Below, one piece after another: positions 52,859 through 64,000 of a stretch of 64,000 bases of DNA. The notes beneath the pieces were generated by a model, which made no database searches, was not told the origin of the DNA, and saw only the letters and a list, made by a program, of their open reading frames with translations. Source of the stretch: Octopus sinensis. Lineage: Eukaryota. Position numbers and translations under genes: made by a program. Position 1 is the stretch's first letter; every line of letters starts with the position of its first letter. The stretch lies in assembly GCF_006345805.1 (NCBI RefSeq), contig NC_043008.1:1178001-1242000 (forward strand). The letters run 5' to 3'.

Positions 52859-52982
52859 TGTATAAATATACACACACACTTATATGCATAATATTACATC
52901 AAGGTTTCTACAGTGAAAGGCGTAATTCATTTGGTCATTGTATAAAAAATCTCTCTATATATATATGTATATATATATGCAG

Positions 52983-53042
<60 letters not shown>

Positions 53043-53104
53043 GGTGTGGGTGTGTGCGTGTGTGTGTAAATATGTGTGTGTGATGTATGTGTGTGTGTGT
53101 GTGT

Positions 53105-53298
53105 GTGTTTGTGTTGTACCCCTAACATCACTTGACAACCAATGCTGGTATGTTTACGTCCCCGTATCTTAGTGGTTCGGCGAAAAGAGACCGATAGAAT
53201 AAGTACTAGGCTTACAAAGAATAAGTCCTGGGGTCGATTTGCTCGACTAAAGGCGGGGCTCCGACATGATCGCAGCCAAATGACTGAAAGAAACAACA

Positions 53299-53300
<2 letters not shown>
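53105..53300 (+). mobile_element. SINE family B 3' half after (TG)n
   Basis: cacttgacaaccaatgctggtatgtttacgtccccg...aagtcctggggtcgatttgctcgactaaaggcggggctccgacatgatcgcagccaaatgactgaaa. Confidence 0.85.
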
Positions 53301-53332
<32 letters not shown>

Positions 53333-54420
53333 GTATTTATGTGTGTATGGAAGTGACTAGATAGAATTGCAAACACAAACAAACACACACACACTCATAT
53401 GCGTACACAGACATACAAGATTTATATATAAACCTAGTAAATTAACGTCTACCCAAAGCAGGGAGGGCGTGGTTGGTACGACAACTTCATAAGAGAATCA
53501 AAGTAGCGAATATCAGATGACTTATCTCATTAAATTGCGATTAAAACGAAAGCTATTTTCACAGCACGAGAAAGTATTATTTACATACAAAGACTCCAAA
53601 CGTTGTTGTGATTATAACACCAGCATTCCGATTTAGCGACATTTTTTTTTTCATGAATCTATTATCCTAATGTCTGCGCAATACGTTTTAACATATTGCC
53701 TTCTAACTGAGTTACATAACCTCGTAATGTTTAGCCTGTGCGTATTTATACAAGCAAATGTACTGCCAGGGGAGTTAACTGCCTCGTATATACAGGTGGT
53801 TAAACTAGTATGAGTCAGAAACAAAATTGTGGCAAAAGAAGGAAATTGTGTTTAACTTTTGAAATTTGGGACCACGAGAGCTCAGTTAAATGAAACATGT
53901 ACAACATATTAAAACCAGAAAAGACAAATTTGACCACAGTGGGATCCGAGAATTTCGAAGTAGAACATTCCAGATAAACGGTTGAACGAAATGCCAACTC
54001 GAAGGGTTATTTAGTAAATGGGTTTGTATCTTGATATACACCTATGTGTATATCAAATACACATAGAGGCAGATTCAGCGTGTATGTGTATTTGATATAC
54101 ACATAGGTGCATACATATACAGGTAGATTATGTAACAATGTTTGAAGTTTGTACAACAAATACAAGTCACATGGAATCTGTTTACTAAATGTCAATGAAA
54201 AGAACTGGTTCCGCACGAGGTTATCAGAGTAAAAAAAGGGCACAAAATGTCACGTAAAAGAATCGAACATCTGACAAAATTATTGCTATACTAAATTTAT
54301 GAATGAATAAATAAATGAATTATATATATATGTGTGTGTGTGGTGTGTTGTGTGTGTTGTGTGTGTGTGTATGTATGTGTATATATATATATATATATAT
54401 ATACATAAATATATACCTAT

Positions 54421-54467
<47 letters not shown>

Positions 54468-54514
54468 TATATAATATAATATAAATATAATGTATGTCTA
54501 TATTTATGTGTGTG

Positions 54515-54675
54515 TGTTTGTCCCACTCGCCTTGGTTTGACAACCGACGGTAGAGTGTTTACGCCCACGTAACCTAGCGGTTCGGAAAAGAGCGATTTCT
54601 TCGACTATAACACTTTCATGGGGGGGGGGGAGCTTCAGCATTGATGGCAGTCAGATGAGTGAAACAAGTAAAAGA
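54515..54675 (+). mobile_element. SINE family B 3' half with internal deletion
   Basis: tttgacaaccgacggtagagtgtttacgcccacgtaacctagcggttcggaaaagag...ggcagtcagatgagtgaaacaagtaaaag. Confidence 0.7.
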
Positions 54676-54908
54676 AAGAAAGGAATATATATATATTCAT
54701 ATATTTTGGGGGCTTTCAAACAATTCGTAAACTTTCGAGTGGACGAGAAATATTTCTTGTTTGGAACAATACATTTCGAAGTAAATAGAGCTATAAATAC
54801 CGCGTTCAATCGTTGGTTGTAGATTCCTTATTGGAAAGAGAAATTCGAATATCACATACGAAAACAGACTCACGTACATGCAACCACACACACATATAAA
54901 TACACACT

Positions 54909-54979
<71 letters not shown>

Positions 54980-55183
54980 GTATGTATGTATATATTTACG
55001 TATATATATGTAGAATAAATATATATAAAAGAACGGTGTAGTTTGCTTGAAGCATTGCAGTACAGAATTAGGACGATAAATGAAAATTAAGAAAGGTTCT
55101 AACAATAAAAAGGGTTTAGAAAAACGTCTATTTTTCATACATACACAAACACACACACACACACACACACACAACACACCCAC

Positions 55184-55229
<46 letters not shown>

Positions 55230-55697
55230 AATATGTGTGTGTGTGTATATATGCATGCGTGTATGTATGTACTTTTTTCACTATGCGTATAGTTGTGTGT
55301 CTTCTAAATACAATTACCAAAGAATACTTAAGAATTCTAAATTTATACATATTTTTCAGATACTGAGGCATCGTGACATGGTACGTTCTGTTACTCTTCA
55401 TATCTCTTTCTGTCTCTTTCGTCCTCTCTCTCTCTCTCTCTCTCTCTGTACCTCTCTTTCTCCCTCTCCCCCCCCACACCCTCACATATATTTGAACTAA
55501 TCGACAGAGAAAACAAAGCACGAATAATAGTTTGTATTCTACAAAACACACATGATTGTATGTGCATAATTTAAAATAGACAAAAAATAACAAAAATAAT
55601 TATATGTATTCTGCCGAGAAAGATCCTAGCATATTTGGTATGATAGAAATATAACATTATTTTTGGCTAGAATGATCGAGTGCAAGACATATATATA

Positions 55698-55743
<46 letters not shown>

Positions 55744-56208
55744 CACGCATACACAATGCTTTACGTGCGTTTCTGTCAGCTCGTATATAATTATGTAATT
55801 ACATATATGTATGCATGAATATATATTTATGAATGTATATATATATATGTATGCATGTATGTTTATATATATATATATATATATATTATATAATATAATA
55901 TATATATATATTGTGTGGTGTTTGTGTGTGTCTGTTTATGTATGTAATATATATATATATATTATATATATATATTATATATATTATATATATAATATAT
56001 ATACATATATATATATATATATTATATAAATGTACGCGTGTATATATCATATATGTGTTTTGATGTTTGTTGTGTGTTTATATTCTATACGCGTGTCTAT
56101 TTTTCTGTGCAACTATGTGGTCTTCTTTGAGTGTAATATTTCTCGCCAATATATATTTTGCATCGCAGCTACATTTATGTAGATTAACTATCTGTGTGCT
56201 TGTGGTAT

Positions 56209-56247
<39 letters not shown>

Positions 56248-56303
56248 CTATATATTATATATATATATAATATATATATATATATGCATGCACACACCAA
56301 ACG

Positions 56304-56338
<35 letters not shown>

Positions 56339-57239
56339 GCATATATAATATATGTATATATATGTGTGTGTACATATGTGTGTATGCATGTATGCATACA
56401 TATGTTCCTATCTGTTTTCTCCAGAGACAGATGTAGAAACGGTGTGTGACTATGAGTTGTACGGCATAGAGAATTCACGCGAAAAACAAATATGTTGAAG
56501 TAAAACATGTCAATATATGTATTTGTGTGTGTGTGCTTGTGTTTCTGAGTGTTCGCGTGTATATGTACTTACGTGTGTGCATGCCTCTGCTCGCAAGTGT
56601 GTATTTGCATTTAAGAATATATACGCACAGATCTGTATATAAGTATATAAAAATATATATGTATATATATATTATATATATATATGCATACATATATATA
56701 ATATAATATATATATATATTATATATATATACATACAATCTACATATATTATATAATATTTGTGTATGTGTTCGCCTATGTGTATATGTATATTTATGTG
56801 TTTAAAAGTATTCATATTGACTCACACAACAGCACGCATACACACACACACACACACACACACACAAATACAACACACACACACACACGTGCATACAGGT
56901 AATGATAACGTGTGATGTGTGACCTGAGCAAGGTAGATGGAGGGACTGGAAAGGAAAGGGCGGCGCTGGTGGTCGAATTGTTTGAAAGCGGATAACTAAT
57001 AAACTGTAGATCTCTTGTGGGATGCGTGTTGATAGAATTCAACATTTAGAGGGTTTTAGTATAATAGACATATATTTGGAAATCCTGTGGGTTTTGCAAC
57101 TAAACGAAATCTGAAGAATACGGGGTGGGTTCGGGGTCGGTTAGTCGATTACTTGAGTCTAAAGAGGAAAGAATGATAGTTATTTGTTTGGGGCCTCAGG
57201 GAGAGATTCTTGTCTGTTTAACAAACAGTCTTCAGTATA

Positions 57240-57468
57240 AACATTTCACTCTTTCAGTGTTTGATGGATATCCATTGGAGACGGCGCTGATAGAGTGAAG
57301 CGAATACGATGATTGCGACGATGAGGCGGACGTCAATATATATTGGAGGATAAGGACAGGCGGAGGAGACGGTGGTGGTGAGATTAATGTCATTAAGATG
57401 ATAAAGGTGGCGATGGGGATGCTGGCAATGATGATCATGATGATCAACAGGAGGTGAAGATGGCTATG

Positions 57469-57525
<57 letters not shown>

Positions 57526-57735
57526 GTTATTATTATTATTATTATTGTTATTATTGTTATCATCATCATCATTGTTATTATTACTATGATGCCGATCATC
57601 ATCATCATCATCATCATTTTTTTTATTAACATCGTCACCTCCAGCACTACTACGATGACCAACACCACAACGGCCCTCGCTGCCATCCTCCTGCTCATAA
57701 TTATTATCATTATTGTTATTTTACTCGTTATTATG

Positions 57736-57770
<35 letters not shown>

Positions 57771-57909
57771 GATAATAATAATAATATTAATAATAATAAT
57801 AATCTAATAATAAGAATAATAATAATAGTAATACTAATGATAATAATAATGATAATAATAATAATAATAATAATTAATAATACTAATAATAAAATAATAA
57901 TAATTTAGT

Positions 57910-57956
<47 letters not shown>

Positions 57957-59570
57957 TATTATTATTATTATCATATTATTATTATATATTATTATTATTA
58001 TTAGTTAGTAGTAGTAGTGTAGTATAGTAGTAGTAGTAGTAGTAGTAGTAGTAATAGTAGTAGTGTGCAGTAGCATTTCGTTGTTAATGGCGATGTAGGT
58101 GGTGATGTTTGCGGTTAGAGGATAGTGATGCTGCGTGGCCTTTGATGTATATGATGATGGTAGGGGTTTTGGCGTTGGTGTCGATGGCGTCGATCTTGAT
58201 GAGAGGGAGACTGAGAGAGACAGAAACAGAAAAAAGGAGAGAGGGTGAGAGGGAGGGAGAGTATTGAATTATTGATAACGTAAATGAATTTGGTGATACC
58301 AATGTTAGCTGTTTCGATGGTGGTGGCCAAGGGGTTGAGATGATGATGTTGACATTAGCAATAGAGATTGAATTAGTGCTGGTGCTGCTGGCGTTGATGA
58401 TGATTATGATGGTGGTGGTAGTGGTGTGGTGGTGAAGGTGCGGGTGGTGCGAGTGGTGGTGGTGATGATGATGATGATGATGATGATGACGATGGAGATG
58501 ATGATGACGGTGGTGGTAGTGGTGTGGTGGTGATGGTGCGAGTGGTGCGGGTGGTGGTGATGATGGTGATGATGACGATGATGGTGATGATGATGATCAT
58601 GATCATGATGATGATGACGATGATGATGGTGGTGGTGGTTGTGGTGGTGGTAGTGGTGTGGTGGTGGTGTGGGTGATGCGAGTAGTGAGGTGATGGTGAT
58701 AATGATGATGATGATGATGATGAAAATGGTGGTGGTTGGTGGTGGTGGTGTTGAAGTAAGTGATAATGGTTGGGTGATTGCGGTTATTGTAACGCTGTGT
58801 GTAGTGTCCTGTGGTTGTGGAGAGCGGTGGCAATTTTTAGGGCGATCGGGCAGACATTATGAAGCTGGGAGTTAGCAGTCTGCCATGACATTTGGTCACA
58901 ATTTGCGATGCTGGCAAAGGCGATGGTAATAATTCTACGACTGTTCTAGTTGTGCATATGGTGCTGGTTGTAGTTATGGTGGACAGGGGTCATGCTGGCT
59001 TGACTGCCATGTTGGCGAGGACGGTTGTAATGAAGCCGATGGCGGGCGGGGTCAAGATAAACGTAATGGCAGACAGGGTCAATAGGGAAATTATTTCCAT
59101 GGCCATCGTGTCATTGCAGATAATGTTGATGACGGGTTGGTGATGTCTGTCGGTTTGCGATGCGGGAGATAATGGTTGGTGGTTGGGAGGGAGGCTGACT
59201 TTCGAAGGTAGCGTTTAGGTTGTTTGTGTTTAGTCAGTTGTTGGTGGTAGTGAGGAAGGTGAAGAGGATGATGGCGGCATCAACAAGGGCGTTGTTATAC
59301 TGATGGTAATGATGATGGCGATCATTATGACCATGAGGATGATCACGGTGATGATGGCAGTGATTGTGGTTTTGGTGATTGTGATGATGATGATGATGAT
59401 GAGGATGATGATGGTAATGATGATGATGATGCTACTGCTGCTGAAGTTCATGACGACGATGACGATGATGACGATGATGATGAAGATGATGATGCTACTG
59501 CTGCTACTGCTGATGATGACGATGATGTGACTTTTCACGGAATGTGGTGGTGATATTGATAATATTGATG
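57240..59570. repeat. 2.3-kb trinucleotide-derived low-complexity block: (ATT)n, (ATC)n, (AAT)n, (GTA)n, (GGT/GAT)n
   Basis: Directly visible; the resulting ORFs are poly-I/M/H/T artefacts. Confidence 0.9.
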
Positions 59571-59677
59571 ATAGTACTCACGGTGGTTGAGATTGAGAGA
59601 GATCTTACTTAGTGCTGAACGAGGAAAAACATATAAGTATATATCATTTCACATACTTAGGTGGAATTTGAGAACCG

Positions 59678-60211
59678 GTGGAGCGACGTAGTCAAGTTTT
59701 ACGCTCGATGAATAAGATATCTGCATACGGTGGCGGTTCCGGCTATGCATCAGAACACTCATTTACGTGTATCTATTCTTGCACTTTGCCTTGTGACTGG
59801 GCATTCACTTGTAACCTACTACTTCATCATCTTTCGCGCATTCAGACAAGTGATCCAAATGAATCATCACTCAATGCAATATTGGTATTTTCCTGCATCA
59901 AAGCAGTATCCAAAGCAGGTATCAAACCAGTTATAGCCAACATGAGCGGGATTCGAAGACAGAGTTCTCTAGGTTTCGAAATCGTAAATATTTCACTTCA
60001 CACACTAAACACTCCAGCAAATGATTCCCAGCATTCCAAGAACTTTGAATATATATTTGGTGCAAGGAAACAGTATGAAACGAAGAAAAAAAAATGTCTG
60101 CTAGAGAGTTTAATCATCCAAACACATCAACACACATTTTATAGGCATGCAGTGTATACTTTATCTCTGATTTCAGTAATAAATTTGCGGTCAGAGAACG
60201 AATGTATTTGA
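59678..60211 (+). CDS. 177-aa ORF in non-repetitive sequence, unknown
   Basis: Longest ORF in the track not explained by a microsatellite or TE. No recognisable domain and no clear splice context. Confidence 0.2.
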   Translation: MERRSQVLRSMNKISAYGGGSGYASEHSFTCIYSCTLPCDWAFTCNLLLHHLSRIQTSDPNESSLNAILVFSCIKAVSKAGIKPVIANMSGIRRQSSLGFEIVNISLHTLNTPANDSQHSKNFEYIFGARKQYETKKKKCLLESLIIQTHQHTFYRHAVYTLSLISVINLRSENECI

Positions 60212-60646
60212 AACATTCCCAGAGGGCAATGCGTCATCACTTTTAACTCTCCTTGTTTTTAAAAGCAGAGTTTCCACACTGACCCTATTAAAATTTAAGC
60301 CTATCTTTTGTGCAGTTGTTGACGAACAAATATTCAAAAGGAACGCAAGCGATAAGCTATAATCTTTTATGTTGCTACTGCCATGACCTTCTTCTTCTTC
60401 AGCCGCAGTCAGTAAAAACAGAAGCAAATGAAAATAGGTACAAACAAAAATAACTCGATGACTGGTGTCATACATGCAATAAAAACATACACAACATATA
60501 CATACATGTATATATATATATATATATTATATATATATACGTGTGTGTGTGTATGTATGCATATATATATATACACATGCACACATGTATATACATATAC
60601 ATATTATATATATATATCACACACACATAATACCTATATATAATAT

Positions 60647-60678
<32 letters not shown>

Positions 60679-60703
60679 CATCTATATATAATATATATAT
60701 ATA

Positions 60704-61069
60704 TAGGGCGATTCAAAATTCTCCATACATAGGAAAATCTTTTTTTTTATAGGAAACAGTTTATAAGATCCCTTATAACCTGACCCCTCTTGATTTCTAT
60801 GGTTGGGAGCATTTGAAAGGCATGGTATATTGCATAAAGATAAAAAGACCTAAATGATTTGAAAGAACGCATCACCAACTCCTTTGCACACCTATCACCA
60901 GATGTGCTATTATGAGTTCACAATGAGTGGGGTAAACGTGTTGCAATGTGTATTTCAAAACAATGCTAACCATAGAGAGACTGTTAAATAAAAATAAAAT
61001 TGTTCTTATATACTGTTTGTTATAAAAAGATAAATTGTTCCTATGTATGGCGACTTTTGAATCATCCTG
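60704..61069 (+). mobile_element. 366-bp Tc1/mariner (maT/DD37D-like) deletion derivative inserted in (TA)n
   Basis: TIRs tagggcgattcaaaattctccatacatagga versus reverse complement caggatgattcaaaagtcgccatacatagga; TA flanks. Interior encodes LTPLDFYGWEHLKGMVY...DLKERIT (cf. PDLTPLDFxLWGxLK). Confidence 0.9.
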
Positions 61070-61229
61070 TATATATATATATATATAAATACATATATAA
61101 ATTTATATGTATATGTGTATGTATATATATATAGGCTATCAGATGTAACTAAACATCGCTGGTCCCAATGCGTTTCGCATTGTTTTAGCCTTCAAATGAC
61201 GTCACCCCACTGGCTAAGCGAGCAGGCCA

Positions 61230-61298
<69 letters not shown>

Positions 61299-61714
61299 TG
61301 TGTATTGCATGTGTGCATGTTTGTATAGATACACCTACTGAATTCTTTGCAAATGACAGGAAATTATTGCGGGAAAATATCTGGACTGGTGTGCGATTTA
61401 GGCAGCAGGATCTGCCGCTTGAAAACTGGTCTAAAGTCTCATTTAGAATCACACTTGAATAATATTAACCTCCACTACCAACATTCTGTACAAAAAATGC
61501 TCTCCGGTTTCACTTTTATCAAAATGTGTGTAATTCCTCTGGAGGTCTAAAGTGACATCTAAAATTGCACAAAAAGAACAACGGGATCACAGATGCAGAA
61601 TTGAAGCTCGCTGGCAATATTTGTGGAAAGGGTTTTTAAGCGATTCACCAGTCTCAAAAACAATATCTCCTCTCACTTCTCGAGCTAACACTATATTTTT
61701 GCTTGAACTTAAAA

Positions 61715-61826
61715 GATGAGGAATTATGTACATTATTTACATTATTTACATTTGATGGATATTCGTCCACATCTTGTTTGATGTTAATTCGACGTTTCGG
61801 CTGATATAGCTTCCAGCTTTCGTCAG
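61715..61826 (-). ncRNA. Minimal type-I hammerhead-ribozyme-like motif plus PLE-type tail
   Basis: CTGACGA (61826-61820)-AA-GCTG-GAAGCTATAT-CAGC-C-GAAAC-GTC (61798-61791). The first stem II pair is A.C instead of G-C, and stem I is imperfect. Confidence 0.65.
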
Positions 61827-62603
61827 GCGGCATTAAGTACGAGACACACTTTGAAATGCTGCAGGGCAGAATTTTGAGTATTCTTAATGTTGATTTTTTT
61901 TTTTGCGTGATATTTGGTTGTTAGTTTCCGAGAAATGTCTGACATACTGATGTTGATACTAACAACAGTGGTGTTGATGATGTTGGCATCATTGGCGTTG
62001 ATTGCGCTGAGAGCAGGCATCACTCTCGTGGTGATGGAAAAGGGCGTTTCCATGGTGTAAATAGTCTTGTCTATCAAGGGAGTAGTCCTATTGTGTGAGA
62101 TGAGGTGTGTGTTAGAGATGAAGGTGGGGAAGGTGAAGATGATGGAATTGGTTGTGATGTCAACTATATTGGTGATCGTGATAGCCGATAGTAGGGGTCA
62201 TGTTCGGTGCTAAACATGAAGGTATCCGTTTTGGAGACTGCGGGTTGCGTCAGGGTTGGTCTTTCGGTTTTCAAATTATAGCTGAAGATGATAACCTTGA
62301 CGATGACGCGCGAACGATGATGATGATGGTAACGATGAAGACGACGTCGTCGACGACGATAATAGAGATGACAACCAAGAAAATGGTGTGGGTGACGGTA
62401 TTGGAATGGTGATGATGGTAGTGGTTTCGACGGTGGAGGTGTTGGTGGGATTGGTGTAATGATACTGACGATAATGATGGTGACAATGATAATGACGATC
62501 TGTGGCATCTTTTGAAGCAATGAACGTGATTTACTCTTTTTCTTTTTCTTAATTTACACTGCAGGCGAGGATATATATATATGTATATATATTTGTGTGC
62601 GTA

Positions 62604-62634
<31 letters not shown>

Positions 62635-62699
62635 ATATATATATATACATACATACATACATATATATATATGCGTGTGTGTCCATACAAGTACAGACA

Positions 62700-63010
62700 T
62701 TTACGCGCACATACGCACGCACACAAACATATGTGTATGTAGGATATCATGAAACAATCATGGGAGACAGCCAAGCTATTAGCACGTCTGTTATTGCCAG
62801 CAGCATCCAGTTGACCACTTATTGAAATCAGACTGAACCAATATCTGCGATAATGACCTTAACAGATTTAATTAGCATTTCCTTAAATACTGATAGTCTA
62901 TCACCTTTGCCCACAATATCTTTTTCCCCAGAATTCTTTATGTTATAATCATTCAGGAGAGTCTGAGAAAAAGAACAATAAAAAGGTAACCCAGAAATAT
63001 AGCACAGGAA
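62700..63010 (-). pseudogene. Decayed coding relic, family not recognised
   Basis: YISGLPFYCSFSQTLLNDYNIKNSGEKDIVGKGDRLSVFKEMLIKSVKVIIADIGSV*, continuing with a frameshift; bounded by microsatellites. Confidence 0.35.
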
Positions 63011-63338
63011 AATATACACGCACGAACAGGAACACATACGTATGTACAGAATTGGTAGTTTTAGTTTATCGAAATTCAGGTAGGAATTTAGTTAATTATG
63101 TCGAAAGAATCATATAGCACTGAACTGATAGTTGCTTTTTTTACCGATTTAGCCCTAGGACAAACTTAATTGTAGAGAGTTCGGATAAAAAAATAATTCA
63201 AATGAAGCCTATTTCATCCATAACTATATATTTCTTTCTTTCTTTCATTCTGTCAAATTATATATACATACTTATATGTACATATATACAGATATAAACA
63301 TATATATATACACATAGATATATGTATATGTATATCAT

Positions 63339-63383
<45 letters not shown>

Positions 63384-63433
63384 TAATATATATATATATA
63401 TATTCATATATATATATATATATATATTCATAT

Positions 63434-63473
<40 letters not shown>

Positions 63474-63477
63474 TATT

Positions 63478-64000
63478 AAAGCCAACTGGAAGTCGATTGA
63501 GAAAGAGATCCTCAAACAGGATTGGCCTTGAATGTCTCTCCACACCGGACATAAACATGAAAACACAAACACTTCATGTCCATAATACAAGCCATATGTG
63601 ACAAATATGTCCCAATGTGCAGGGCCAGCACACACAAGAATAAAAACAGGATCCCTAGAGAAAGGAGGATTCTTATGAGACGACGGACAAGATTGCAAAC
63701 CGCCTGAGCAAGCACACCAAAAGTGGTGAGAAGTCTCGGCTCGAAAGAATGCTAATGGAAACTGAGAAAAGTCTACATCAGTCCCATGAAAAGGAGAGAG
63801 CAGATAAAGAAGCTTGGGTAATAGAAAATTAAAATCAAACCCTAAAGCTTTCTTTAAGTTTGCCAAAGAGACAGCCACAGTGCACCAGAGAATAGGACCT
63901 CTCTTCCAAAAAGATGGCTCTCTCACAGGAAATCCCCACGAGGATAAGTGAAATACTGAACGAACAGTTCCAAAGTGTGTTCACTACACCTCTAGGACAC
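63478..64000 (+). mobile_element. CR1/L2-group LINE ORF2 fragment (EN-RT linker), runs off window end
   Basis: [16 protein letters not shown]...[13 protein letters not shown]...[15 protein letters not shown]...RIGPL..KDGSLT...[16 protein letters not shown]. Confidence 0.85.

Noticed and set aside
58840-59230. Higher-GC stretch within the low-complexity block as a possible exon or TE
   Set aside because: No recognisable motif; composition fits decayed GGT/GAT repeats.

Overview
AT-rich, microsatellite-saturated eukaryotic intergenic or intronic DNA, most likely from an octopod cephalopod. That assignment is an inference from the SINE families, repeat landscape and base composition, not from a database search. 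I can confidently call no intact host gene; almost all ORFs in the supplied track are read-throughs of (TA)n/(CA)n/(AAT)n arrays or transposon remnants. The window contains: (1) Penelope-like (PLE) pieces, namely a GIY-YIG endonuclease at 1-357, a reverse transcriptase at about 8.6-9.8 kb and two hammerhead-ribozyme-like motifs; (2) R4/Dong-type, RTE-type and CR1-type LINE fragments; (3) four mariner copies, one full-length with TIRs, plus a MITE of that family; (4) a maT-type MITE and a foldback MITE; (5) many tRNA-derived SINE copies. The most interesting observations are: a tRNA-headed SINE whose tail matches a hammerhead-bearing PLE-type terminus; Dong-like elements stacked inside (TAA)n arrays; a 3-copy tandem repeat whose middle unit is an exact unequal-crossover chimera; three decayed coding relics of unrecognised family; and a few candidate exons. 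Boundaries of degenerate repeats are approximate and were read by eye.
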